This document shows, piece after piece, positions 1 to 11,740 of a DNA stretch of 64,000 bases (its first letter is position 1; each line of letters starts with the position of its first letter). Location: NCBI GenBank assembly GCA_951406725.2, contig OX597814.1, forward strand, positions 12,772,001-12,836,000. The letters run 5' to 3'. The translations under genes and the position numbers were made by a program. Source of the stretch: Octopus vulgaris (Eukaryota). The notes under the pieces were generated by a model. The model was given only the letters and a program-made list of their open reading frames with translations. It was not told the DNA's origin and did no database searches.

Positions 1-370
1 CCATCACCGAATTTTGGATCTAAAATCCCTACATTGATGAACCATTGATCTACGAGATAATGCCCTAGTTAATGTATTGACTAAGAGATAAGCGTAACAG
101 TTTCTTGGTTAACTTGATAATCTACTCTTTAAGGTGTGTCCATGAAGTTGCCTATTTGAGATCGCTGGGCATGGCACTAATATGAAAATAAAAATCTATC
201 TGAAACTGATTTCATCACAACTAGAAGTGGCCACACTGGGTAAAATGGAACGTCTTGTCTGTAACTCGACCAAAGGTCTGTTTAATCGGAACTGACGCAA
301 CAATAAACAAAAACAACAACGTCAACTGCGACAACAACAGCCACAACTATATATTATTGGGTGCTTATTA

Positions 371-602
371 TAAGGCGGTGAGCTGGCAGAAACGTTAGCA
401 CGCTGGTCGAAATGCGTAGCCGTATTTCGTCTGCCGCTACGTTCTGAGTTCAAATTCCGCCAGGGTCGACTTTGCCTTTCATCCTTTCGGGGTCGATAAA
501 TTAAGTACCAGTTACGCACTGGGGTCGATGTAATCGACTTAATTCATTTGTCTGTCTTTGTTTGTCCTCTCTGTGTGTAGCCCCTTGTGGATAGTAAAAA
601 AA
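371..602 (+). mobile_element. tRNA-derived SINE, family A, full length with TSD
   Basis: tRNA-like head (ggcggtgagctggcagaa...gagttcaaattcc), central cctttcatcctttcggggtcgataaattaagtaccag domain, tail tagccccttgtgg. 19-bp TSD tatatattattgggtgctt at 348-366 and 605-623. Several copies elsewhere in the window. Confidence 0.9.
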
Positions 603-660
603 CATATATATTATTGGGTGCTTTTTTGTTATTTCACTCATTTTAAGGCTAACATTGATT

Positions 661-1200
661 TTAACTTATTGGTGCTACGGTTCCGAGGCTGAACACGGAA
701 TGTTGTTTCTTCCGCCTTAGCTTTGACTGAGGGGATCCATGATTTGCAGAATTGCAGTACACTTTTAAATAGGTAATGGAATGACCCATTGTATGAAGTG
801 GGTGATGATGGGTTGACCTGACATACATAGTAGAGTAACAGGAAAATGTCGGGATATGCGATGCCCGGCTAGTAGGTGGTGTATTTTTCTCTATGCATAA
901 TGCACCGCAATTTTGTAGATGATGCAATGTCAGAAAATGGAAGATGTACAGTAGAATTCTCGGGAAATATGGTGATGATTGCAGAGTTCTTATTGCTGAG
1001 ACAACTTTTGCATCGTGTATGAGTTTAAATAAAAGTGCCTGTGTGTGTTTAGCTGGGTGCTGTTGAATTTTTAACAATCTGTTTGCTGTAGATCCTATCA
1101 TATTTCAAGTAGAAAAGAGGTGATACTAGACAGATAAGGGCGATTATGGAGTTGAAATTTGGAGCTCGTAGATGAATTTGCTTCAGTGGGTGTTGAAAGG
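661..1200 (-). mobile_element. Decayed Penelope-like GIY-YIG endonuclease 3' remnant
   Basis: Minus translation ends KLRRKKQHSVFSLGTVAP, resembling the PLE C-terminal 'EQxLIFxLGTLAP' motif. CGALCIE resembles CxxxYIGE. Confidence 0.55.
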
Positions 1201-1210
1201 TGGATGTTGA

Positions 1211-1212
1211 GT

Positions 1213-1285
<73 letters not shown>
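1211..1285. repeat. (GA)n microsatellite
   Basis: Direct inspection. Confidence 0.95.
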
Positions 1286-1288
<3 letters not shown>

Positions 1289-1579
1289 ACGAAAGAGGTT
1301 GAGAGAGTGAAAGAGTTTCCAAAAACCTACTCCAAAATCCACTTAAATTTAGTAAAGCATATACAGTCGTCACTAACAGCGATACAGACATCATACTGAA
1401 TGCAACGATAATTCGTATTCGGTGAAAAAGAATGAGGATGAGTTATTTGGTGTCTAGAAGTAATACGTAACAAAAACCGGGCATGATATAAATTAGATGA
1501 AGAAAAATTATGCACAATATTTAGTCATCTTAAATTAAAAACTACAATTAGCACTAAAAGTTAATTTGTAAGACGTTAG

Positions 1580-2680
1580 TATGAATATAGGTCGTCTTCC
1601 TCCTTCCTCTCCTGGTTCTGCCTTCCATTGGTTGCCAGAGAACTAACATTGTTAGCAATCTCATCGGCATGTCCGGTTCAGTGTCCAGCTAGCCTCATCT
1701 TTCTATGCTGTATCTTCAATGTTACTTTTGGTAGTTCCTGGTATATGTCGGTGTTTGTTGTATGACTCGTCCAGGAGACATGGAGTGCCATTCTTATCAT
1801 CCTCATATAACAACCGTTCAACTGTTTCTTCAATGATTTAGTGAGCTTTCACGTTTCAGTCTCGTATAACAACCTTTCAACTGTTTCTTCAATGATTTAG
1901 TGAGCTTTCATGTTTCAGTCTCGTATACAAACAGAGTTCATTGTTGTCAGAAACAAACTAACCTTTAATTTCCTTGCTAACTTTAAACTCTATACATTTC
2001 TCAATTTATGGCATGCGCTCCTGGCAAGAACTTTCTTTGCTACGATGTATTTTTCAGTACTTTGTGTCCATGCACCAAGGTATTTGAAATTCGCTGACAC
2101 AGGAATTTCGTGGTTGAATACTTGCAGCTCTGTTTACTTTGCGCTGTAGTACAATCCTACCTTTTCCGATTCCAGCTCTAATCTGCTCAGCACCTCTTGT
2201 GCATGATTTGTCCTCTCTGTTAGTAATGCCAGGTTATCAGTATAGTTTAGGTCAGTTAGTGTTACTGCTCGATGCCGTCTAATTTTTTCCTATGCAGTTT
2301 GAATCCCAGTTCCTCTTGCTCTCGTACGTTCTATGCATTAAATAGTCCAGAACGATGTCGAAGAGTTGCTAGCGTGTCACCTTGTAATACTCCGGCTTTG
2401 ACTTCAAAGTATTCCGTCTCTCCACCAGGAGTGATGACTTTCGTTCTGGTGTTCTGTTCTCATACAGCTTATTTATTGCTCTCAGAATTCTTGGTGGAAT
2501 ATCATATGCTTTAAGTATTTTCATCATCATCATTTCTCTATGTACAGGATCAAAAGCCTTTTTTAAAGTCTACGTAGATAATGATGGCCTTTCTGTTATG
2601 GTTCTTAACTCACTCTAACAGACTTCTAAGTGCGACAGTGGGTGATGTTGTTGACCGTCCTGATCTGAATACATTTGCTA
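1580..2680 (-). mobile_element. RTE-clade LINE reverse transcriptase remnant
   Basis: Minus-strand frames give VDFKKAFDPVHREMMMKILKAY, GVLQGDTLA and a degenerate YADD region (DLNYTDNLA), with stops and frameshifts. Internal ~50-bp tandem duplication at ~1805-1925. Confidence 0.75.
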
Positions 2681-2919
2681 GAGGATACTGATATGGAAGG
2701 GGCACAGGAGCTGAGGATCATTGTGGAAGATCAAGATGAATGGGTAAAACGTGTAGAAACAGTCTTGAGGCGTCCTGACCGACGACCTAGATAGATAGAT
2801 TGATAAATAAATAGATGGATAGATTACTGTGAACCTAAGTACAAACAAATTTAAACCTATCATAAACCAGACCTTGCCGGTGGCTCTAAACATCCAACGT
2901 CGATAATCCAACGATTGGT

Positions 2920-3500
2920 TAACAGTATTAGTAGATATATTTCCAACCTATCCGCTGATGAATCTACTTTCAAAATGCCATCCCCATATTAAATTGTCTC
3001 ATTAGAAAGTTTAAATTTCATTACTTGTATTATCTATAATGAACAAAACACAGACATGCTAAAACGTCATAGATAGAGAAAATACTACGGTATAATCTCC
3101 CATACTGCCTGAATGTGGCTACAATTACAGCTACGAATTTTTTAAAACTCATATCTACCCACCTCTCATACTCACATAAATACCACAAGATCTATAGAAA
3201 TACAGTCAAAGGTAGCTATAGCCTCCTTCGAAACATAGGACCGATGATTTTCAATTGTACAATACCAAAATTGAGAATACCCCCCATCACAAAGACCTAT
3301 ATATGTAGATCTCCGGAAAACTATAACTGCTCCCTGAACAATAGGAGCCTGGTAAAAGAAACAAAGTAGAAAGCCTACCTCACCTACTTGAACAGAACAA
3401 GAAAGGCGTAATTTGTAATGAAGGAAAACATCTGCAAGGAGAGATGTACACAGCATTTGGCTTCATTGAAAAATCTCATAAATGCACATATAGTCAAATG
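2920..3500 (+). mobile_element. Decayed Penelope-like RT-thumb/endonuclease fragment
   Basis: YNLPYCLNVATITATNFLKLISTHL..HKYHKI and NCSLNN resemble the PLE WFNPP..NVxTNI..FLxLI region. Frameshifted. Confidence 0.55.
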
Positions 3501-3726
3501 TGTGTGTGTGTGTGTGTGTGTGTGTATTAGCAACGTTAAACTGCTGCCATGTCTGGGGAGCGAGCACACACCACCGAGCGGAACCAGAGCTAGGGTGGCA
3601 GGAGTTGCCTTCATCTGCAATAGACATCGAGTGCGAGAGCCACACTAAGTAAACCAGTTGAAGGTTAAATGGCAATATCATCGTCTCTTAGAGGACAGCT
3701 ACGTTAAAGTGGCCATAAATAGTACC

Positions 3727-3945
<219 letters not shown>

Positions 3946-4253
3946 TCAGAATAAGCAACAAAATGACTCCGGTAATTTGGTATGATCGTTTCGTACTTCA
4001 TCATTTTATTGAATGTTGTAAGTATTACAACATTTTTTAAATGCTGAGTACTCATCAGCCAATTATAGAGGTTTTCCATTAATACAAACATTTTCCTATC
4101 AAGTGGCAACATTATAGAGAAGGTAGATATATGGACAAAGATGTGGATTTAAATTTTAAGAACATTTGAGGTAGTAGAACCCATCAACTGACTGACTAAG
4201 ATTCGGTTGCTCCAGACTACTGTAAGATTCTGAGAGGGAAGAATAAGTGGGAA

Positions 4254-4300
<47 letters not shown>

Positions 4301-4301
<1 letters not shown>

Positions 4302-5304
4302 TTCAACATTTCCCCTTTTCAAGAATTGAACATACTTGGTGTATACGTTGTCTCTGATATGCTAGCTGACTTCATGTGGGCGCGCGTGCTGTAGAAATAT
4401 TTCCAATAATGTTTGTAAATGCATGATTAATCATGCACTCATTGCTTGCTGTAATTATTTTAATCTCATTCGGTCTTATATTTCTTGATTTTAATAAATT
4501 TGTTTATGTCGCCGCGTAAATGTCTAAATTTCGTGTTTTAATCGTCTCTACCTATGATTACAAATAGATTACTTATAAACGTTTTAAGATGCAGCTATCT
4601 TCTATGTGCAATGGTATTTTAAAAGATTTTTTTGTAATATTTGTTTGATGTTCTCTGAGACTGTTATCACGCTCATCATGAAATGAGTTTTCAAATTTGT
4701 CAATGTTTATGCTTTTATCATTCATGTTCTTTAACTTTTGGCTTAGTAATATGACTTTAATAATCTTCTGAAGGTTGTAAATTCATATATTTTTCTATGT
4801 AAATATCTCTGCAGTCTGTAAATGAAAGTTAGCACTGAGTTTGAGGAGTGCATATTTTAATAATTTTCTGAATGTACCTCGTAAAATGAATCATGTTATT
4901 TTATGTAATGCACAACAAGAACTATTATGGTTAAGGCACAGACATTTTTTTAATGAATTTCTTTCTTTAACTATATGATTTCGAGGGTCTGTCTTTCCAA
5001 TCTCATATTTCTGTGCGTATTTGCCGTTCTATCGATTTCTATTGGAATTTTGTTCAACACTTTTTCTTTCTTTTATTTTTGCTGCTATATGGAGATATTG
5101 TGTGTTCGTTTATACGGGAAATAGCTTAGTGTCTTCAAGTTTTATCATTTCTATTATTTTAGAGATTTCCTATAATGTAATGGTTGTTTTACAGTCAGTT
5201 TGAAACTATAGAATTTCTAAATTCATTTTCAACATTACCCCTTTTCATGAATTGAACATATTTGGTGTATACGTTGTCTCTCATATACTAGCTGAATTCA
5301 TGTG
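4301..5304 (-). mobile_element. Decayed non-LTR (R4/Dong-like) ORF fragment bracketed by a ~78-bp diverged direct repeat
   Basis: 4301-4378 resembles 5227-5304. The interior minus strand gives RRLKHEI..HLRGDINK, like the R4-type 'RRLExKIxxLRxD' motif. Confidence 0.35.
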
Positions 5305-5755
5305 AACTTCCAATCACATTTTTTTTTATCGTTTGCTACATACGCTAGTAGTCACGTGCTGATTGATTTGTTGCGTTCGTGTTTTTCGCCATTAGGTTTT
5401 AGTGTCAGTAGCCATGTTTGTTTTAGTCGCAGTTCAAGTCACCATTTTAGGTGGTGATTGGACTTGAGCAAGTATTATATATACCTGTTACGTTAGACGT
5501 AAATTTTACCTGAACTATATAACGAAATATAATTATCGAAAGAATTACATCATTATAAGAATGAACGCAGAATGTATTGGATAAAGAGATATCTAAACAA
5601 GAAAGCTAAGTACCGTGCTAATAGCACTTAGATCAATGTTGATATCTTCTCTTAGATATCGCGATCAAATATGGTGCCGTCGTATGTCAGTGCAAAATAA
5701 TATGTCCTTGAATACTTGTATATATATTCATAAATATTTCTTTTATTGATTTCAG

Positions 5756-5952
5756 GTTGGCAGAAATGTGCAAATGATTTGAGATGTTCTTCTAATTGTG
5801 TTCAACTTTATGTTGTACTCTATAATTACCGATGCGGTGTACACACATGTGAACATTTTGCAAGAACATTTAACGGTGGACCAGAAAATTGTCAAGAAGA
5901 TTCTACATTGCCCTATTGGCGGAAAATTTCGAAATGTCTCAAATCCCAGTGA
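5756..5952 (+). CDS. Terminal coding exon of an invertebrate-type (i-type/destabilase) lysozyme
   Basis: WQKCANDLRCSSNCVQLY...CEHFARTFNGGPENCQEDSTLPYWRKISKC matches the i-type lysozyme C-terminal pattern (WxxCxxDxxCSxxCVxxY...CExFARxHNGGPxGC...TxxYW). Acceptor ttttattgatttcag ends at 5755, TGA at 5950-5952, AATAAA at ~6105. Upstream exons not found. Confidence 0.85.
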
Positions 5953-6164
5953 GAGAATTTATTCGATAAATTTCAATGAGATACGTATTTTGCCATTATA
6001 TCTAATACTTACAAAAAAGAAATACTAAAAAACAAGGAATAATGGCGGTGCCCCAGCATGGCCACAGCTCATGAGCTGAAACTGGAAAAATCAAAATCAA
6101 AATCAAATAAAAACAATTCTGAGTAATAAGCTTTTTTTGTGTTTATTAAAAGAAACAAAATTCA

Positions 6165-6307
6165 TTTCTTCTTCTTCTTCTTCTTCTTCTTCTTCTTCTT
6201 CTTCTTCTTCTTCTTCTTCTTCTTCTCCTCCTCCTTCTACCCCTCCTTCTTATTCTCCCCTCCTCCTTCTACCCCTCCTTCTTATTCTCTTCCTCCTCCT
6301 CCTCCTT

Positions 6308-6368
<61 letters not shown>

Positions 6369-6380
6369 TTATTAATTATT
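6165..6380. repeat. Compound (CTT)n/(CCT)n/(ATT)n microsatellite
   Basis: Direct inspection. Confidence 0.9.
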
Positions 6381-6383
6381 AAT

Positions 6384-6631
6384 GCAGCGAACTGGTAGAA
6401 TACTTAGTACGCCGTGCAAAATGCTAAGCGGCGTTTTGTGGGTCCTTAGGTTCTGAGTTCAAATTCCAGCGATGTCAGCTTTGCCTTTCATCCTTTCAGG
6501 GTTGATAAATTAAGCACCAGTCAAGTACTGGTCTCGATGAGATCGGCCATCCCCCTCCTTTCAAATTCCAGATTTTGTGCCTATAGTAGAAAGGATTATC
6601 ATCATCATCATCATCATCATCATCACCATTG

Positions 6632-6684
<53 letters not shown>

Positions 6685-7080
6685 GTTAAGGCTGTGAGCT
6701 GGCAGAATCGTTATCACACTGGACGAAATGTTGAGCGGTATTTCACTTGTCGCTACGTTTTGCGTTCAAATTCCCACGAGGTCGACTTTGCCTTTCATCC
6801 TTTCGGGATCGATAAAATATGTAGCGGTTGAAAACTGGGGTCGATGTAGCAAAAGTTTGAAATAATAATTACTATTATTGTTATTGGCGAGTTGGTCGTA
6901 GGTGGCGAGTTGGCAGGATCGTTAGTACGTCGGGCGAAATACTTAGCGGTATTTTGCCCATTGTTACGTTCTGAGTTCAAATTCTGCCGAGGTCGACTTC
7001 GCCTTTCATCCTTCTGGGGTCGATGGATTAAGTACCAGTGAAACACTGCAGTCGATGTAATTGACTTAATCCCCTTCCCC
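6384..7080 (+). mobile_element. Three tandem family-A SINE copies (~6384-6597, ~6687-6850, ~6899-7080)
   Basis: Each has the tRNA-like head and the gcctttcatcctt..gtcgata core seen at 371-602. They are separated by trinucleotide or AT-rich spacers. Confidence 0.85.
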
Positions 7081-7762
7081 CATTCTGCCCTTGTCTCCTA
7101 ATCCCTATACAATAACACCATACACCTAAAACACCAGTTGCTGACGTCACTAAACCAACGAAAATTTACCTCCGATCAGAACCAGACCCTCAGGAAAAAC
7201 TGAGAGTGACACCTGAAGAAATTCGACCAGCCGGAACGGTTGATGATCACTCCCTATAGGGAAGTCAAAGAAGCAGAACGCCAAACTTGATCAAAACAAA
7301 CAAAAAACGTTCTGTTTCAAATTAAAGTGACGTCACGAGACCTACTAACAACCAACCAGCCAACCAAAACACCAATGCCAAAACAAAATCTATTTTTTGA
7401 CCAAAAACATCCACCAAAAGAATAAGACGACATCATAATTAAAACGAACCAAAGATTCATAACCTTCCGTCTCAATAAATCACTATCGTCCCTGAAACTT
7501 CCATTTTATAGTTACTGCGGATTACTTCAAGTTAACTTTCCTCCTACACCTCAATCCTTGGATCTTATATATATATATATATACATATATACACAAACAC
7601 ACTCGCTCACACACACACACATCATTGACACATACACACACGCACCTTCATGTGGGATCACTATCACTTTATGATCTTTCTTCCAACCTCAAACTTATCT
7701 TCTAAGCAGTCACCATGCTTGATCGCTAAATCTACAGTTTGTAAAATTCTCTCACTGTTTTT

Positions 7763-7798
7763 CTTTCTGTTGAAGGGCGTAGGCTTGAAATGTAAAAG
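7763..7798 (+). ncRNA. Minimal hammerhead-like motif (variant core CUGUUGA) in a PLE terminal repeat fragment (~7640-7890)
   Basis: cttt CTGTTGA a gggc-gtag-gctt GAAA tg TA aaag: stem I cttt/aaag and stem II pair. Homologues at 49803 and 62501. Confidence 0.5.
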
Positions 7799-7922
7799 GT
7801 GTTTTCATTTTCTCTAGCATCAAACTAGTACATCTGCTTGTTGTTCATACGCATGTCTTCGCCTTTTGTGATTCTTAAATTTCTACTACACCCCGCCCCT
7901 AACACACACACATATATATGCA

Positions 7923-7971
<49 letters not shown>

Positions 7972-9054
7972 GCATACATACATACATACATACATACATA
8001 CATACATACATAATCAAATCTATGTTACCAAAGTACATATCTGAAATATGCACATATTCAAATACATCGAATGCATCGTTTTGATATTCTTCCCGTATAT
8101 AAATCTAGTGAATAAACTTGAATGGAAAGATCTAGCGGTTGAGGCCAAGTCAGCGTTATGGAACCAGTTTATAAATATTCCATTTATTTTCTATACTCGG
8201 CTTAGACGGGTCACCACAAATCAAATTGGAAATCTATTTAACTTCGGGAATTCCTAGCCCTGCAGTTATGCCAGCATGTATTTCCAAACTAAAATAATTT
8301 CTTCAGGAACAGAGGCTCTCTCAATCGGCTCAGACTGGGAGGTATTGCATACATCCGTTCCATTTCCGTTGTGTTCTCTTTTCATTTGAAGAATAATCAA
8401 TTTTCATTTGCATACTCTTTAGTAGTTCCTCTATACAGATGTCAATATTTCGTATCTCTTTTTTATTTATATCGGGCTCTCACCTCATTGTATGCAGAAT
8501 GGCTATATTCTATCTAAATCACAAATATAATTATGGCCTCAGGCTCTACTAGAATTTTCTGTCTATTCACTATTTATATCGAAATTTCGTCTTGTATTCG
8601 CATATCTGTTATCTTATTTCGTAGGAATGAATTGTTTAATCGTAATGTTATTTTTGTATCATTTAAGGAAGCAATAAAATTTTTGTAATCTTTAAGACAT
8701 TGATTTCCATTGTTTTCAATTTCAAAGGGAAAAGTGTGATGACATTTAAATTTAAGCAACGAATTCAAGCTTGTATGCAGTAATAATCATGATCGGGAAA
8801 AATTGACAACCAATGTTCTGTATTAATTTGCAAATATGCAACATTATAGTAAAAAATATTTTAAACTAAGAAAGGTTGCGACATACCGGTATTATATTGG
8901 TACACTATATTGTCACGCCACACATTTTGGAATAGAGATATTTAAAATAAACGGAGCAATCTGGTTTGCATTCTACACTCTTGCATTCTTCAAATTTAAT
9001 TTATCAATTACATTATCTATTTGTACATATATTTCTCCAAAGTATAACATTTTG

Positions 9055-9200
9055 GCGCAGGCATGACTGTGTGGTACGAAACTTGCGTCCCAGCCACGTG
9101 GTTCCGCATTCAGTCCTACTGCGGGGTACGTTGAACAAGTCTCTTCTGCTAAGGTCTGAGGCCGACCAAAGCCTTGTGAGTGGATTTGGTAGACGGAAAC
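9055..9200 (+). mobile_element. Family-B SINE 5' half (interrupted by a Penelope insertion)
   Basis: Matches the 5' half of the SINE at 21193-21643. The 3' half lies at ~11580-11740. Confidence 0.8.
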
Positions 9201-9210
9201 ACACACACAA

Positions 9211-9241
<31 letters not shown>

Positions 9242-9418
9242 GATAAGAAAGTTTGTTTGGTAAAGCACGTGGGTGAATATATAAGAAAATAGTAAAGTGT
9301 GAAAAAACGACAGAAGGCTTAAATGTTAAAAGATATATATATTTGTGTCAAAATGTCTGGAGAATATTGGAAAAATTTTTTTTCCTTTCCTTAAAATGAC
9401 ATAATTTTAAAATTTTTA

Positions 9419-9458
9419 AAGAAATTACCGGTTTCGCGTGTAGCTTTTCAAATTTCTT
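9419..9458 (-). ncRNA. Minimal type-I hammerhead ribozyme motif, U3-A8 variant (mirror copy)
   Basis: Exact reverse complement of 11306-11345. Confidence 0.7.
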
Positions 9459-9594
9459 GTGACGTTATGTTTATATTGCATGGATTTATCGTTGTTTTTA
9501 TTTCCAGGAGATTTCTAAATAAGGGGAGGTAGTGAGTGATTTTTCCGGTGTAAGGGGAGATAATCGCTTAAAAAATTTTTTTCCCATTTCCTTG

Positions 9595-10231
9595 TTAATT
9601 TCTCTGTGTCAGTATGTTCGGATGGTTGAGTCTGGGTTTGTACTTTTCAATGAAGAATGTTTCCTTGTTCAGTCTCATTTGTGTTGATGATCCGAAAGCA
9701 CATTGGTAAAATGGGAAGATTAAAAATTGTGGCAGTAGTTGCTTTGCGCATTTCTCAATGTGCTCACTAAAAGGTATCATTCTATATTCTGGGAATGCAA
9801 TCTGTTGTCGATGCAGTGTGCATCTGCGCCTGAGTGATAGTCCCGTGGAACCCACGTAGTCTTGGTGGCAGCCCGAGCATTTAATAACATAAATTATGTT
9901 TTCAGAGGCACAAGTAAAGTTAGATTTGATCTTAAATTTCTGTCCTTCTTTAAAGAAGAATTCTGATCCTTCCAATAGGTTAGGACATGTTGCACAGTTC
10001 GATCTACCACATTTTTTTACTTTTGCATCCGTAATTTTAGAAGACAATTTTGCCTTTGTGAGAATCTTTTTAAGTGATTTAGGCTGTTTGTAGCTTTTAA
10101 TGATTTGGTGTATGTTTAGAATTTCCCTTAATTTTGGGTTTTTATGAAGTATTGGTAAATTCTGGGTGATGATGGTGAAGGCTTCTTTGTTTCTGGGGTT
10201 GTATGTAGATATGTAAGGTAGTATTTTCGGG
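9595..10231 (-). CDS. Inverted duplicate of the Penelope GIY-YIG endonuclease coding region (partial)
   Basis: Translation identical to the C-terminal part of ORF 10375-11169 (PKILPY...NIIYVIKCSGCHQDYVGST...). Confidence 0.75.
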
Positions 10232-11169
10232 TTAAAAAAATTAACCTTAAAATAGAAACAGACATTTTTTACAAAGCCACAGACGCCAAACAATACCTTC
10301 TTTTTAATTCATGCCACCCAAGACACACTAAAACAAACATACCCTTCAACCTTGCAAGAAGGATATGCACAATAGTGTCAGAACAAAATACCAGGAACTT
10401 TAGACTGCAAGAACTCAAAAACACCCTAATTGACAGACATTACCCAGCTCAACTCATAGAGGATGGGATCAGACGTGCAACAGAAATCAACATAGAAACT
10501 TTAAGAAAAGTTCAACACAACAACACACCTTCCCCGAAAATACTACCTTACATATCTACATACAACCCCAGAAACAAAGAAGCCTTCACCATCATCACCC
10601 AGAATTTACCAATACTTCATAAAAACCCAAAATTAAGGGAAATTCTAAACATACACCAAATCATTAAAAGCTACAAACAGCCTAAATCACTTAAAAAGAT
10701 TCTCACAAAGGCAAAATTGTCTTCTAAAATTACGGATGCAAAAGTAAAAAAATGTGGTAGATCGAACTGTGCAACATGTCCTAACCTATTGGAAGGATCA
10801 GAATTCTTCTTTAAAGAAGGACAGAAATTTAAGATCAAATCTAACTTTACTTGTGCCTCTGAAAACATAATTTATGTTATTAAATGCTCGGGCTGCCACC
10901 AAGACTACGTGGGTTCCACGGGACTATCACTCAGGCGCAGATGCACACTGCATCGACAACAGATTGCATTCCCAGAATATAGAATGATACCTTTTAGTGA
11001 GCACATTGAGAAATGCGCAAAGCAACTACTGCCACAATTTTTAATCTTCCCATTTTACCAATGTGCTTTCGGATCATCAACACAAATGAGACTGAACAAG
11101 GAAACATTCTTCATTGAAAAGTACAAACCCAGACTCAACCATCCGAACATACTGACACAGAGAAATTAA
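10231..11169 (+). CDS. Penelope-like ORF, 5'-truncated: RT thumb + GIY-YIG endonuclease
   Basis: Open frame from 10231: IETDIFYKATDAKQYLLFNSCHPRHTKTNIPFNLARR (PLE thumb), CGRSNCATC, then NIIYVIKCSGCHQDYVGST (GIY-YIG) and a C-terminal E..FI...P.LN. No stops. Confidence 0.9.
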   Translation, partial: VKKINLKIETDIFYKATDAKQYLLFNSCHPRHTKTNIPFNLARRICTIVSEQNTRNFRLQELKNTLIDRHYPAQLIEDGIRRATEINIETLRKVQHNNTPSPKILPYISTYNPRNKEAFTIITQNLPILHKNPKLREILNIHQIIKSYKQPKSLKKILTKAKLSSKITDAKVKKCGRSNCATCPNLLEGSEFFFKEGQKFKIKSNFTCASENIIYVIKCSGCHQDYVGSTGLSLRRRCTLHRQQIAFPEYRMIPFSEHIEKCAKQLLPQFLIFPFYQCAFGSSTQMRLNKETFFIEKYKPRLNHPNILTQRN

Positions 11170-11305
11170 CAAGGAAATGGGAAAAAAATTTTTTAAGCGA
11201 TTATCTCCCCTACACCGGAAAAAATCACTCACTACCTCCCCTTATTTAGAAATCTCCTGGAAATAAAAACAACGATAAATCCATGCAATATAAACATAAC
11301 GTCAC

Positions 11306-11345
11306 AAGAAATTTGAAAAGCTACACGCGAAACCGGTAATTTCTT
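11306..11345 (+). ncRNA. Minimal type-I hammerhead ribozyme motif, U3-A8 variant
   Basis: aagaaat TTGAAAA gc-tacac-gc GAAA ccgg TA atttctt: 7-bp stem I, 2-bp stem II, palindromic stem III (ACCGGT), GUA cleavage triplet. Lies in the PLE 3' region. Confidence 0.72.
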
Positions 11346-11498
11346 TAAAAATTTTAAAATTATGTCATTTTAAGGAAAGGAAAAAAATTTTTCCAATATT
11401 CTCCAGACATTTTGACACAAATATATATATCTTTTAACATTTAAGCCTTCTGTCGTTTTTTCACACTTTACTATTTTCTTATATATATATATATATAT

Positions 11499-11540
<42 letters not shown>

Positions 11541-11579
11541 ATATATATATATATATATATATTTGTGTGTGTGTGTGTT

Positions 11580-11740
11580 TGTCACTGTAGCATAGTGGTT
11601 CGCCAAAAGAGACGATAGAATAAATACTAGGATTACAAAGAAAAGTCCTGGGGTAGATTTCTTCGACTAACACACTTTAAAGCGGTGCACTACTTGACTC
11701 CAGTCAAATTACTGGAACAAGTAAAATAATAAAAGAATAA
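11580..11740 (+). mobile_element. Family-B SINE 3' half
   Basis: Matches 21500-21640 (gtggttcg..gatagaataaatactagg..acaagtaaaa). Confidence 0.75.

Larger units (their letters stand above)
9241..11487. mobile_element. Young Penelope-like element, 5'-truncated with ~955-bp inverted arm
   Basis: 9277-10231 is the near-perfect reverse complement of 10533-11487. Both arms encode the same GIY-YIG domain. Inserted in a (TA)n tract. Confidence 0.92.

Noticed and set aside
371-460. tRNA genes at SINE heads
   Set aside because: The heads are degenerate and continue into SINE bodies with TSDs, so they are not functional tRNAs.
8050-8830. Coding-like stretch with short ORFs
   Set aside because: Many stops in all frames and no recognisable motif
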